Assembly: GCA_021803215.1 (NCBI GenBank)
Contig: JAJZLV010000047.1
Span: 300-62,650 of the forward strand
DNA from: Actinomycetes bacterium
GTDB taxonomy: Bacteria; Actinomycetota; Acidimicrobiia; Acidimicrobiales; Bog-793
Direction: 5' to 3'
DNA length: 62,351 nucleotides
The position numbers and the translations under genes are program-made. Below the pieces are notes generated by a model, which was not told where the DNA came from, did no database searches, and saw only the letters and a program-made list of their open reading frames with translations. Below, piece after piece: positions 1-9,707 of this stretch (the stretch's first letter is position 1; each line of letters begins with the position of its first letter).

Positions 1-30
1 GCGTCACCCGTGACCCCTGAGGGCCGGATC

Positions 31-261
31 TCAGGCGGACCGGCGGCGCTGACGCAAGATCCGGCGGCGCTCACGCTCGGTGGCCCCGCCCCAGACACCC
101 TCACGCTCCCGGACTGCGAGCGCATGCTCCAGGCAGGGCTGGCGCACAGGGCACGTGTCGCAGACAGCCTTGGCTTCCCAGGCGTCCTCATCCGACGCTG
201 GGTAGAAGATGTCCGGGTCTATTCCCCGACATGCCGCTCGGCTGCGCCACGTGGCGTTCAT
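31..261 (-). CDS. whiB: WhiB-family Fe-S redox-sensing transcriptional regulator (76 aa)
   Basis: Track ORF has the four conserved Wbl cysteines (C...CDTCPVRQPC), a GVWGG turn and an Arg-rich C-terminal tail. Confidence 0.9.
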   Translation of the reverse strand: MNATWRSRAACRGIDPDIFYPASDEDAWEAKAVCDTCPVRQPCLEHALAVREREGVWGGATERERRRILRQRRRSA

Positions 262-376
262 TCCTGATCACTTTCTTCGTCATGGGTGCGCGATGCTGGC
301 CGCTCACGCATCTCGGATCTTCCCCGGCGCGCCCGCCTTAGGCCGTGGCCTCCCGCGCCTTGCCGAGGGAAGAACG

Positions 377-406
377 ATTATCGTCTCGCGCTCGGCAGGT
401 TGTCAA
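377..406 (-). promoter_or_regulatory. Candidate sigma-70-type promoter for whiB
   Basis: Minus-strand reading: TTGACA (406..401), 18-nt spacer, GATAAT (382..377). It lies about 115 nt upstream of the whiB ATG at 261. Confidence 0.45.
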
Positions 407-439
407 TACCCCTGGTCGAAGAGAGTATGATCCGCCGGC

Positions 440-1072
440 TCAGGCGGCCTCCCAGTCGTCGGCGAGCGAGCGGCGAGTCTCCTCGCCGAGCTCGCTCTCG
501 TGAGCGTAGGCCGGATGGGAGATCGCGACAAAGGCCGGGCCGGCCACGAAGCGCTCCCTCTGGCCGTCGTCCAGGCTGAAGCGGACATAGTGCACGGCTG
601 CTGTCACTTCCTCCCGGGTGAGCTGCGATTGGTGGGACTCCTCCACGGCGGCCCGCACGACCTCTCCGGCGCCGAGACGCAGCTCTACTGCCCGCTCGAT
701 GCCGACAAGCTTCGGGAGCCACTCGCGAAGCTCTGCCTCGGTGGTGAGCTCTATGAACAAGGTGAGCGAGAGCTCGCCCGGACCGGGGATGAGCGGGTTA
801 TAGACCTCCAGCTCGGCTTCGATCTGCTCGTCTCTGAGGAGCTTCTCCGCCCGCGCCATCTCCTGGACCTGATAGCGCATGGTCGTCCTGTTCTCGAAGA
901 CGACCGTCACCTTGGGACCGATCGGGACGCGGCGCAGCCTCTTCAGGGCCATCACCTCGGCTCTAAAGCTCTCGCGCTGGCGTTCGTAGGCGCGCAGGTC
1001 CGCTATATCGCTCAAACCGAGGCGTGCCCGGCTCAACCGGCCGCTCCCAGGTCTCGCGAAAGGCGGCAGCAC
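440..1072 (-). CDS. DUF3501 family protein
   Basis: C-terminal ~200 aa of track ORF 440..1234 fit the DUF3501 pattern ([29 protein letters not shown]). The first 54 track codons are Arg/Pro-rich and overlap rubrerythrin, so the start is moved to GTG 1072, just after the rubrerythrin stop. Start uncertain. Confidence 0.75.
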   Translation of the reverse strand: MLPPFARPGSGRLSRARLGLSDIADLRAYERQRESFRAEVMALKRLRRVPIGPKVTVVFENRTTMRYQVQEMARAEKLLRDEQIEAELEVYNPLIPGPGELSLTLFIELTTEAELREWLPKLVGIERAVELRLGAGEVVRAAVEESHQSQLTREEVTAAVHYVRFSLDDGQRERFVAGPAFVAISHPAYAHESELGEETRRSLADDWEAA

Positions 1073-1079
1073 CAGCTCA

Positions 1080-1499
1080 TCAGCTGAGGGCGCCCAGGCC
1101 CTTCTGGAAGCGTCCGGCGTGGCTCTTCTCGGCCCGGGCCAGGGTCTCGAGCCACTCCGCCACGTCCTCGAAGCCCTCGTCCCGGGCCGTCTTGGCGAAG
1201 CCGGGGTACATCTCCGTGTACTCGTAGGTCTCACCTGCGATGGCTGAGCGAAGGTTGTCCTCGGTCGATCCGACCGGTTCGCCTGTCACCGGGTCCCCGA
1301 CCGCCTTCAGGAAGTCGAAGTGGCCGAAGGCATGGCCGGTCTCGCCCTCTGCGACCGAGCGGAAGAGCGCCGCGATGTCCGGGTAGCCCTCGATGTCGGC
1401 CGCCTGGGCGAAGTAGAGGTATCGGCGGTTCGCCTGGCTCTCGCCGGCAAAGGCCTCCTTCAGGTTCTTCTCGGTCTGGCTCTTGGCAAGTTCTGCCAT
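1080..1499 (-). CDS. Rubrerythrin-family ferritin-like diiron protein (no rubredoxin domain)
   Basis: N-terminus [23 protein letters not shown] plus later E..H diiron motifs ([22 protein letters not shown]). SD AAGGAGAG precedes the ATG. Confidence 0.9.
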   Translation of the reverse strand: MAELAKSQTEKNLKEAFAGESQANRRYLYFAQAADIEGYPDIAALFRSVAEGETGHAFGHFDFLKAVGDPVTGEPVGSTEDNLRSAIAGETYEYTEMYPGFAKTARDEGFEDVAEWLETLARAEKSHAGRFQKGLGALS

Positions 1500-1550
1500 C
1501 TCTTCTCTCCTTGGTTCCCCGCCTGTCGGGTTAGCGATAGTCGATCCAAA

Positions 1551-1565
1551 CTTAGTCTTATTCTA
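1551..1565. promoter_or_regulatory. Fur/PerR-like 7-1-7 inverted repeat upstream of rubrerythrin
   Basis: ttagtcttattctaa (TTAG-N7-CTAA, 10/15 palindromic positions) in an unusually AT-rich 90-bp leader. Confidence 0.3.
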
Positions 1566-1590
1566 ATGTCGTCCCAGCTCCGATAGCCGC

Positions 1591-2646
1591 TCACCCGGGA
1601 GTCGGCTCCGGGGCGGTCACAGGATCGTCCTCGACCCGGGAGCGGGCGGCCAGGACCACCCCGACGCAGACGAGAGCCGCTCCAAAGAGCTGGAGGGCAC
1701 TCGGACGCTCCGAGAGGAAGACAGCCGCGAGCACGAGCGACATCGTAGGCTGCAACAGGAGGAGGAGCGAGGCGACGGCCGCCGGCAGGCGGGGCAGGGC
1801 CGAGGTGATGAGAAGCCAGCCGAAGCTCTGGGAGACGAGTGCCAGGAAGGCGAGCCAGCCGAGGGCCGAGGACGAGACCGAGAAGGGGAGCTCGGAGAAG
1901 CCGAGCCCGAGCACGAGCGCCATGAGAGCCCCGCCGGCGGTCGCGTCGGCGAGCGGTCCGGCGACGTAGCGGGAGCCCGCCGTCGACTTGCGCAGGATGA
2001 GGATGAAAGCGGCGTAGCTGAGCGCGGTACCGAGGCCGTAGCAGACCCCGGCGATCGGGCGGTAGCCCGGACCCTCCGTCCCGGCCAGCCCGGAGACGAA
2101 GAAGACCCCCGACAAGACAACCGGGAGAGCAAAGAGGAACTGGCGACGGGGCCGCTCGTTGAAGACCGCCCAGGCGGCCGCCGTCACGAAGATGACCTGC
2201 AGATTCCCAAGCACCGTCGCCACCCCGGCCCCGACGGCGTAGATGGCGTGGTTCCACAGGAACAGATCGACCCCGAAGAACCCTCCGGCGACAAGCGAGC
2301 GGAGACGGAGCCGCCAAGAGCGCCGGGGCTTGTTCCTCCCCTCGAGCAAGGCCAGCGGGTAGAGGACCGGGAGGGCGATGAGGCAGCGATAGAAGGCGGT
2401 CGTCCCGGCGGGCGTCCCCGCCAGGCGGACGGCGATAGCCGAAGAGGAGATGGCGGCCGCTCCGAGGAGGGCGGGCAGAACCGGGTTCAGGCGGCCAAGG
2501 CCGAGTGCCCGGCGGCCGGCCCGGCTCAACGAGTCGCCCTGCCGCGGCGGGCCGTCGCGTAAGAGCCAGAGAGCACGCCCAACTATGGCCCGATACCGAG
2601 GCGGCCGGTAACGGCCTCGGCTGCCGCCGGCCCGACCACCGATCAC
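1591..2646 (-). CDS. DMT/EamA-family transporter
   Basis: About 10 hydrophobic helices in two EamA-like halves. The first ~45 track codons are Arg/Gly-rich, so the true start is probably internal. Confidence 0.8.
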   Translation of the reverse strand: MIGGRAGGSRGRYRPPRYRAIVGRALWLLRDGPPRQGDSLSRAGRRALGLGRLNPVLPALLGAAAISSSAIAVRLAGTPAGTTAFYRCLIALPVLYPLALLEGRNKPRRSWRLRLRSLVAGGFFGVDLFLWNHAIYAVGAGVATVLGNLQVIFVTAAAWAVFNERPRRQFLFALPVVLSGVFFVSGLAGTEGPGYRPIAGVCYGLGTALSYAAFILILRKSTAGSRYVAGPLADATAGGALMALVLGLGFSELPFSVSSSALGWLAFLALVSQSFGWLLITSALPRLPAAVASLLLLLQPTMSLVLAAVFLSERPSALQLFGAALVCVGVVLAARSRVEDDPVTAPEPTPG

Positions 2647-2676
2647 AGAGGTCCGACGATTAGATAGCCTAAGTAT

Positions 2677-3144
2677 GTGGGGTTCGAATCAGGTGACTCG
2701 ACCACGCCGGGGCTTTCGCTTGCCCGGGGGACCGCTTGGCTAGCCCGCCACGCCGAGGTCGCCCTGGCCGAGGTCGACCTGTCTCTTCCCCAGTACCGGG
2801 TGCTCTCGCTCCTGGCCGAGGGCAAGGCTCTTCCTTCCTCCATGGCCGAGAGCCTCAACCTGCGCCGCCCCTCCATCACCGCCGTCGTCGACGGTCTCGT
2901 CGCCCGCGGCCTCGTCGAGCGTCTTCCTGACAAAGAGGACCGGCGCCGAGTCACCCACGTGATCACCCGGCCGGGACGGCGCCTCTTGGTGCTCGCCGAC
3001 CGCAAGGTCGAAGAGCGCCTCCGCCTCGTCGCAGCAGCCAAGGGAGACCGGCTGGCGGCCGCCGCCGCCTTCGAGGGCCTCGACGTCTGGGGCGAGCTGC
3101 TGCAGGCCTGGCGGATAGAGCACCGCCGAGCGGTGCGCTCGTGA
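2677..3144 (+). CDS. MarR-family transcriptional regulator
   Basis: Winged-helix core LPQYRVLSLLAEG...SSMAESLNLRRPSITAVVDGLVARGLVERLPDKEDRR. Overlaps the downstream ABC gene by 4 nt. Confidence 0.9.
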   Translation: MGFESGDSTTPGLSLARGTAWLARHAEVALAEVDLSLPQYRVLSLLAEGKALPSSMAESLNLRRPSITAVVDGLVARGLVERLPDKEDRRRVTHVITRPGRRLLVLADRKVEERLRLVAAAKGDRLAAAAAFEGLDVWGELLQAWRIEHRRAVRS

Positions 3145-4994
3145 GCCGTCCGGCAGCCTCGAAGACGGCCGACCCCTTCACCCCTCTCGCAGAGGAGCCC
3201 CGCTACGAGCCGCCGCGGGCCGGCATCGACAGCGACACCTCGAAATCCTGGCTCCGTCGGGCCATGCCGATCGTGAAGGCCCACAAGCTGAGCTTCTTTC
3301 TCGCTCTGAGCCTCTCTTTCGTCGGTCTCGTCCTGCAGGTGCAGATCCCGAACCTGTTGAACAGAGCCATCGACACCGCCATCGTCGGCCACAGGGCCCC
3401 GCTCTCGTTCTATGTCTACTGGATCCTCGCCCTCGGGGTCCTCGGGGGGATCTCCAGCTATATCTCTCGGCTCGCCATCTACAAGACGGCCTACAGCATC
3501 GAGTTCGACCTGAGGAACATCATCTACGAGCACCTGGCCAAGATGTCCTTCTCCTTCTACGACAGGGTGCAGTCCGGTCAGCTCATCTCCCGCGCCAACT
3601 CCGACATCCGCTCGGTGCAGATGTACATGACCTTCGCCCCGCTCATCCTCGTACAGTGCTCGATCGCCCTCGTGGCCTTCGCCTTCATGCTCTCTATCAA
3701 CGTGCCCCTCGCCATCGTGGCGATGCTCACGATGCCGCTCATCTACTTCGTCAGCGTGAAGATGCGCAAGTCGATGTTCCCGGTCTCCTGGATAATCCAG
3801 GCCCGCCTGGCCGACGTGGCGACCATTGTCGACGAGAACGTGAACGGGGTAAGAGTCGTCAAGTCCTTCGCGGCCGAGGACCAGCAGCTGCGGGCTCTCG
3901 CCAATGCAGCCACCCGGCTCGAGTGGAGCTATGTGAAAGACGCCGACCTGCGAGCCAGGTTCACGCCCGCGGTTCAGAACCTCTCCCAGGTCGGGCTGGT
4001 GCTGGTGCTCCTCTTCGGCGGCTACATGGTGATCCACGGCCAGCTCGGCCTCGGAGCCATCCTCGCCTTCAACGCCTACCTGCTCATGATGCAGGTGCCC
4101 TTCAACATGCTCGGGATGCTCATCATGATGAGCCAGCGCGCCGCCGCCTCGGCCGACCGCATCTACGAGATCCTCGACGAGCACTCCGAGATCGTCGACC
4201 GCCCCGGGGCGGTCGACCTCGTCGAGTGCCGGGGCGAGGTCCATTTCGAGCGGGTCGGCTTCAGCTATCCCGGCGGCGACCGCCCGCGAGTGCTCGACGG
4301 CTTCGAGCTGCGGATAGCCCCGGGCGAGACCGTGGCGATCGTCGGACGGACGGGAACCGGCAAGTCGACCGTGGCCCGGCTGCTCACGCGCTTTTACGAC
4401 GTCGACGAGGGAGCGGTCCGCATCGACGGACACGACGTGAGGGACCTCACCCTCGCGAGCCTGCGCGCCAGTGTCGGGGTCGTGCTCGACGAGCCCTTCC
4501 TCTTCTCGGTCTCGATCAGGGACAACATCGCCTACGGCCGCCCGACCGCCACGCTAGAGGAGGTCCGCCGGGCCGCCCGGGCCGCCAACGCCGAGGAGTT
4601 CATCGAGGAGCTCCCGGAAGGCTACGAGACCATCGTCGGCGAGCGTGGATACACGCTCTCGGGCGGCCAGCGGCAGCGGATCGCCATCGCCCGAGCGCTG
4701 TTGGTCAACCCGCCGATCCTCATCCTCGACGACGCCACGAGCGCCATCGACGTCCACGTCGAGCAGAAGATCCACGACGCCCTCAGCCGACTGATGGCCT
4801 CCCGCACGACTCTTGTCATCGCCCATCGCCTCTCGACCATCTCGCTGGCGGACCGGGTGGTGCTCCTCGACCGAGGACGCATCGTCGCCGACGGTACCCA
4901 CGCCGAGCTGCTCGAGAGCGATCCGCTCTACGCCGAGGTCCTCGCCAAGGCGGCCGAGGACGATCTCACGAGGAGCGAGGTGGGGCGCCTGTGA
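3141..4994 (+). CDS. ABC exporter, fused permease/ATPase (type I, MsbA-like), subunit 1
   Basis: Six-TM domain, Walker A GRTGTGKST, signature LSGGQRQR, Walker B ILILDDATS. Confidence 0.92.
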   Translation: MSRPAASKTADPFTPLAEEPRYEPPRAGIDSDTSKSWLRRAMPIVKAHKLSFFLALSLSFVGLVLQVQIPNLLNRAIDTAIVGHRAPLSFYVYWILALGVLGGISSYISRLAIYKTAYSIEFDLRNIIYEHLAKMSFSFYDRVQSGQLISRANSDIRSVQMYMTFAPLILVQCSIALVAFAFMLSINVPLAIVAMLTMPLIYFVSVKMRKSMFPVSWIIQARLADVATIVDENVNGVRVVKSFAAEDQQLRALANAATRLEWSYVKDADLRARFTPAVQNLSQVGLVLVLLFGGYMVIHGQLGLGAILAFNAYLLMMQVPFNMLGMLIMMSQRAAASADRIYEILDEHSEIVDRPGAVDLVECRGEVHFERVGFSYPGGDRPRVLDGFELRIAPGETVAIVGRTGTGKSTVARLLTRFYDVDEGAVRIDGHDVRDLTLASLRASVGVVLDEPFLFSVSIRDNIAYGRPTATLEEVRRAARAANAEEFIEELPEGYETIVGERGYTLSGGQRQRIAIARALLVNPPILILDDATSAIDVHVEQKIHDALSRLMASRTTLVIAHRLSTISLADRVVLLDRGRIVADGTHAELLESDPLYAEVLAKAAEDDLTRSEVGRL

Positions 4995-6916
4995 GCTGGG
5001 GCGGCGGCGGCATGGGCTTCGCCCCGGCGCGGGGCGGCGGCCTGCCATTCGGGGGCATTCCGAGCGAGCTGCAAGATGGCGTCGATCGCCTGCTAGCGAC
5101 AGAGCCGGAGCATCCCGAGACGACCGTCCGCTTCGAGCAGCGGCCCGAGCGTCCGCCGGCCCGGCTCAGCCTCTGGCATCTCCTCGTCGCCTATCCCCGC
5201 CTCATGGTCGTCTCGCTCGTCCTGATCGTCGTCCTCAGCCTTTCGGCCCAGGCCGGTCCATACCTGACCGAGCTCGCCATCGACCACGGAATGATCGCGG
5301 GTCACCGCAGCCTCCTCGTAGTCGGGCTGGCGGCCGCGACCTATCTGGCCAGCGTCGTGATCAGCGCCCTCGCCCAGCGCTCGCAGGTGAGGACGACCGG
5401 CCGGCTGGCAGCCGGGGTGATGAAGGACCTCCGGATACGGGTCTTCGGCCACCTGCAGCGACTATCGCTCGACTTCTTCACAGACGAGAAGGCCGGCGTC
5501 CTCATGTCACGGATGACAAGCGACATCCAGAACCTTCAGCAGCTGCTGCAAGACGGCCTCTCCCAGTTCACCCAGCAGGGGCTCACGATGATCGTCATCA
5601 CGGCGATCCTCTTTCTCATGAACGTGAAGCTGGCGCTCATCACCGTGCTGCTGATCGTCCCGGTCCTGACCGTGGCGTCCCACTGGTTCCGGGTCTCCTC
5701 CGAGCGGGCCTATCAGCGCGTGCGCGACGGGATCGCCAACGTCCTGGCGGACCTCTCCGAGAGCTTACAGGGAGTACGGGTCGTCACCTCGCACAACCGC
5801 CAGCGCCACAACGTCATCCACCACCGCAACGTCGTCGGCTCCTACCGGGACGCCAACAACCAGACGGCCCACATAAGCAGCCTCTACGGTTCGATCACCC
5901 AGCTGCTCGGCTACCTCGGCCAGGGGGCGCTGCTTGCCATCGGCGGCGACATGGTCCTCCACCACTCGCTCAGCATCGGCGCTCTCATAGCCTTCTTCTT
6001 GTACCTGAACCGCTTCTTGCAGCCGATCCAGCTACTCGTGCAGCAGTACAACACCTACCAGCAGGGGCAGGCCTCGATCATCAAGCTACGCGGCCTGCTC
6101 GAGACGAGGCCCTCGGTCGAGGAGGCAGCAGCCGCTCAGGCGCTCGGAGAGATCGAGGGGCGGATCGACTTCGAAGACGTCGTCTTCGGCTACGACCCGG
6201 AGCTGCCGGTCGTCTCGGAGGTGAACCTGACGATCCGGCCGGGCGAGACCGTCGCCTTCGTCGGCCCGACCGGAGCCGGCAAGTCCACCCTCGCAAAGCT
6301 CATCACGCGCTTTTACGACCCGGTGAGAGGCCGGGTCCTGATCGACGGGCGAGACCTCAAAGATGTGACCTTCGCGTCACTTCGCCGGCAGCTCGGCGTC
6401 GTGCCCCAGGAGCCCTTCCTCTTCGCCGGGACGGTGCGAGAGAACATCGCCTTTGCCCGACCTGACGCCTCCGATGCCGAGGTGGAAGAGGCCGTTCGGG
6501 CCGTCGGCCTGCAAGATGTGATAGCTCGCCTGCCAGCGGGCCTCGACACCGTGGTGCACGAGCGGGGCCAGTCGCTCTCCTCCGGCGAGCGCCAGCTCCT
6601 CGCCCTTGCGAGGGCCTTCCTCGCCCATCCGAGAGTGCTCGTCCTCGACGAGGCGACCTCGAATCTCGACCTCGCCTCGGAGACCAAGATCGAGGGTGCC
6701 CTCGACCTCCTGCTGCAGGGACGTACCGCCGTTCTCATCGCCCACCGGCTCTCGACCGCCATGAAGGCCGACCGGATAGTCGTCGTGGCCGAGGGTCGCA
6801 TCGTCGAGGTGGGCAGCCATGACGAGCTCGTGGCGGCCGGCGGACGCTACGCCGCGATGTACGAGACCTGGGCGAGCCAGGCGGAGGCCGAGTCGGCCGG
6901 AACCCGGCCCGACTGA
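4991..6916 (+). CDS. ABC exporter, fused permease/ATPase, subunit 2 (heterodimer partner)
   Basis: This is the in-frame tail of track ORF 3656..6916. GTG 4991 overlaps the upstream TGA (GTGA). Walker A GPTGAGKST, signature LSSGERQ, Walker B VLVLDEATS. Alternative start: ATG 5012. Confidence 0.9.
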   Translation: MSWGGGGMGFAPARGGGLPFGGIPSELQDGVDRLLATEPEHPETTVRFEQRPERPPARLSLWHLLVAYPRLMVVSLVLIVVLSLSAQAGPYLTELAIDHGMIAGHRSLLVVGLAAATYLASVVISALAQRSQVRTTGRLAAGVMKDLRIRVFGHLQRLSLDFFTDEKAGVLMSRMTSDIQNLQQLLQDGLSQFTQQGLTMIVITAILFLMNVKLALITVLLIVPVLTVASHWFRVSSERAYQRVRDGIANVLADLSESLQGVRVVTSHNRQRHNVIHHRNVVGSYRDANNQTAHISSLYGSITQLLGYLGQGALLAIGGDMVLHHSLSIGALIAFFLYLNRFLQPIQLLVQQYNTYQQGQASIIKLRGLLETRPSVEEAAAAQALGEIEGRIDFEDVVFGYDPELPVVSEVNLTIRPGETVAFVGPTGAGKSTLAKLITRFYDPVRGRVLIDGRDLKDVTFASLRRQLGVVPQEPFLFAGTVRENIAFARPDASDAEVEEAVRAVGLQDVIARLPAGLDTVVHERGQSLSSGERQLLALARAFLAHPRVLVLDEATSNLDLASETKIEGALDLLLQGRTAVLIAHRLSTAMKADRIVVVAEGRIVEVGSHDELVAAGGRYAAMYETWASQAEAESAGTRPD

Positions 6917-6922
6917 GGCGCG

Positions 6923-7105
6923 CTAGTGCCGGCGGCGGCGGGCCGCCCGCGAGGCAAGGGCGATGGCACCGCCGACTACGGCTAGGACGACGACGATCTT
7001 CACCACGAGAAAGACCAGCCCGGCGACGAAGTTGAGCACTGCGAAGGCCAAGACAGCGGCCACTACCGCCACGGCGCCGACGAAGAGGTAGTGCCCCGCC
7101 CGCAT
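6923..7105 (-). CDS. Small two-TM membrane protein, hypothetical (60 aa)
   Basis: High GC3, two hydrophobic helices and a basic tail (AARRRRH). Start moved to ATG 7105, preceded by GAGGTGG. Confidence 0.55.
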   Translation of the reverse strand: MRAGHYLFVGAVAVVAAVLAFAVLNFVAGLVFLVVKIVVVLAVVGGAIALASRAARRRRH

Positions 7106-7488
7106 GACGCCCCCGCCACCTCGAGGTTCGATCATCGAACACCTCCTCTCGCCATGGTACCGGCCGCTGCCGGGGGAAGCTCGCCGGGGCCGTTCGCGCT
7201 CGCGCGAGCCGCATCAGGTCGACTCGCGAAAGAGAACTCTGTTGCGGACGCATGAATTCGGCCCGCTTGGGCGTCTACTGATCACCGTGGTGCACGCCGG
7301 TGCGACACCAACCGAGCACGAGCCGATACCGAAGTCAAAAGATTGCTCAAAGATGCCGTCAGGCCACGATGAGCTGCAATTATGGCCGACAGCGTCGGGA
7401 TAGGCTCGGACTGTGGTGGAGCCCGTAGGGGTATCACCTCGGCGAATCTGTTGTCGACCGGCCCCGAGGTGGGCGCTAGAGGTGGGAA

Positions 7489-8805
7489 ATGGGCAGAACG
7501 TTCGGGCGCAACGACAAAGGCGCCGTCGGTCTCGGCGCCGCGATCGCCGGCGTCGTGCTCGTGGCGGCCGCGGCCGCCACCGGCGCGGTCGTGCTGACGA
7601 GCAACTCCCAGCCGCGTTCCGCCGCCTCTCATCCCCGCCACCCTCACCTGCCTGCTGCCAAGGCCCACGAGACCTCGTCCAATGCCGCAACCGAGAGCCA
7701 CACCCCCATCGAGGTCGTCTCTGTCACGCCGGACGCCAGCTCCGGGCCGGTCGGCTGGGCGAGCTCGGTAACCGTTCGCTACAACGAGCCGCTCGCGCAG
7801 GGGACGGTAGTGCCGACGCTCAACCCGAGCGTGCGGGGCAGCTGGCAATCGGCCGGACCCGACAGCATCGTCTTCAAGCCGATCGGCCAGTTCGTCCCCT
7901 ACGTCAAAGAGACGGTCACCGTCCCGGCCGGCACGACAGGAGCGAACGGCACGACCTTGCAGGCGCCCTACAAGGCGACTTTCACAGTGAAAGGCGGCTC
8001 GATCCTCCGGCTGCAGGAGCTCTTGGCCGAGCTCGGCTACCTGCCGCTCAACTTCACCCCGGCCGGCGGCGGCGCGCCCGCCCCGCTGAGCGGCGTGCCG
8101 ACCGCAAGTGCTCAGCTCCAGCCTTCGCCTCCGCCGGCTCCCGGCATAACCGGCACGACGGTCGTGACGGCCCCGGCCGCGGGCCCGGTGACAGACATCG
8201 AGCCCTCGTCGGCCGGTGACATCTCCCGCCAGCCTCTCGCCGGCACATTCTCGTGGCGCTTCAAGAACATCCCGCCGAGCCTCGCCAACCTCTGGCAGGC
8301 CGGTCAGCCGAACGTCATCACGACCGGGGCCATCATGACCTTCGAGGACTCCCACGGTCTGGCGGTCGACGGGCAGGCGGGACCGGAGGTCTGGACCGCC
8401 CTCCTGCAAGCCGCCGCCGCCCATGATCTCTACCGGGCGCCCTACGACTACGTCTACGTGTCGACCGGCAGCCCCGAGTACGTCACAGTCTGGAGAGACG
8501 GCGTCAACGTCTTCACGACCCTCGCCAACACGGGCATCCCCCAGTCGCCGACCCAGATCGGAACCTGGCCGGTCTACCTCCGCTACCGGGTGACGACCAT
8601 GAGCGGCACCAACCCGAACGGGACGCCCTACAGCGACCCTGGCATCCCCTGGGTGAGCTACTTCAACGGCGGCGATGCCCTGCACGGCTTCATCCGGGCC
8701 TCCTACGGCTTTCCCCAGAGCCTCGGCTGCGTCGAGATGCCCTTCTCCTCCGCCCAGACAGTCTGGCCCTACACCCCGCTCGGCACGCTCGTGACGATCC
8801 TCTAG
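7489..8805 (+). CDS. L,D-transpeptidase (YkuD domain) with N-terminal membrane anchor
   Basis: Catalytic motif HGFIRASYGFPQSLGCVEM at the C-terminus, a peptidoglycan-binding-like LQELLAELGYLPL segment and an N-terminal hydrophobic anchor. Confidence 0.88.
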   Translation: MGRTFGRNDKGAVGLGAAIAGVVLVAAAAATGAVVLTSNSQPRSAASHPRHPHLPAAKAHETSSNAATESHTPIEVVSVTPDASSGPVGWASSVTVRYNEPLAQGTVVPTLNPSVRGSWQSAGPDSIVFKPIGQFVPYVKETVTVPAGTTGANGTTLQAPYKATFTVKGGSILRLQELLAELGYLPLNFTPAGGGAPAPLSGVPTASAQLQPSPPPAPGITGTTVVTAPAAGPVTDIEPSSAGDISRQPLAGTFSWRFKNIPPSLANLWQAGQPNVITTGAIMTFEDSHGLAVDGQAGPEVWTALLQAAAAHDLYRAPYDYVYVSTGSPEYVTVWRDGVNVFTTLANTGIPQSPTQIGTWPVYLRYRVTTMSGTNPNGTPYSDPGIPWVSYFNGGDALHGFIRASYGFPQSLGCVEMPFSSAQTVWPYTPLGTLVTIL

Positions 8806-8846
8806 CAGCCGAGGGAGCCGGCCTCCGGCTCGGTATCGTGTCTCAC

Positions 8847-9707
8847 ATGCGGGTACTCGTCACGAACGACGATGGGGTCGACGCGCCGGGCCTGGCCGTA
8901 CTGGCACGAGCTCTGCACCGAGCCGGGATGGACGTTCTCGTAGCAGCCCCGATGCAAGAGGCAAGCGGTGCCTCGGCCGGTGTCGGTCCCCTTCACACGA
9001 TGACCGACGGGATCGAGGTCGCCGCAGTCGAGCGACCCGGGCTCGAGGAGATAGAGACGCTGGGAGTCGAGGCGCTCCCCGCCCTCATCGTGATCGCCGG
9101 CTGCCTGGGTGCCTACGGACCGCCGCCCGACCTCATCGTCACCGGCATCAACCCCGGGCGCAACGTCGGGCGGGCGGTGCTCCACTCGGGCACCATCGGG
9201 GCCGCTCTCACTGCGGTCCACTTCAACAAGCGCGGGCTGGCGATGTCGATCCAGTCCGGGCCGTTCGCCGCCTTCGAGTCCGACACCGGCAACGAGATCC
9301 ACTTCGAAACTGCCGCCTCGCTTGCGGTCGAGCTGGCGCCGAGGGTGGCGGCCGCCCCGGTGCGCACCGTAGTGAGCTGCAATGTGCCGAACCTGCCTCT
9401 TTCCAAGCTGGCCGGGCTCCGCTGGGCCAAGCTCGCCCGGAGCGGACTCGTCCGCTCGGCCCTGGTCGACGCTGAAGGGAGCTCCAGGATGCAGCTCGAG
9501 CTGGGCTTCGGAGACGCGCCGCCCGGAGACGAGAGCGACGAGACCCTCACCGCCCTTGGCTTTGCCACCCTGACCCCGCTCGCCAGCGTGGCCGAGGAAA
9601 GCCGCCCAGAGGTCCGCTCGGCGGTGGCCAAGGCCCTCTTCGAGGTCGGCTCGAGCCTCGGTCTGGAGACGGCCGAGATGGGCGAGATGGACGGCCCGGC
9701 GGCCTGA
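8847..9707 (+). CDS. surE: 5'/3'-nucleotidase SurE
   Basis: MRVLVTNDDGVDAPGL N-terminus and NPGRNVG / HSGTIGAA motifs. ATG 8847 is preferred over the track GTG at 8838. Confidence 0.9.
   Translation: MRVLVTNDDGVDAPGLAVLARALHRAGMDVLVAAPMQEASGASAGVGPLHTMTDGIEVAAVERPGLEEIETLGVEALPALIVIAGCLGAYGPPPDLIVTGINPGRNVGRAVLHSGTIGAALTAVHFNKRGLAMSIQSGPFAAFESDTGNEIHFETAASLAVELAPRVAAAPVRTVVSCNVPNLPLSKLAGLRWAKLARSGLVRSALVDAEGSSRMQLELGFGDAPPGDESDETLTALGFATLTPLASVAEESRPEVRSAVAKALFEVGSSLGLETAEMGEMDGPAA

Noticed and set aside
2681-2691. GGTTCGAATC string resembling a tRNA T-loop
   Set aside because: The flanking bases do not form a T-stem or an acceptor stem, and the string lies inside the MarR coding sequence. 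I found no tRNA-like cloverleaf anywhere in the window.
2643-4433. 596-aa minus-strand ORF
   Set aside because: It is antisense to the well-supported MarR and ABC exporter genes. The product is Arg/Gly/Asp/His-rich low-complexity sequence typical of shadow ORFs in high-GC DNA.
3656-4990. N-terminal 445 codons of the 1086-aa plus-strand ORF
   Set aside because: This is an off-frame read-through across the first ABC exporter gene (Arg/Pro-rich). Only the part from GTG 4991 onward is a real ABC protein.
7282-8685. 467-aa minus-strand ORF, and similar long antisense ORFs at 14253-15602, 27568-28773, 29329-30648, 45392-46549, 53542-54645 and 59854-60900
   Set aside because: Each lies opposite a gene with clear family motifs and has shadow-ORF composition.
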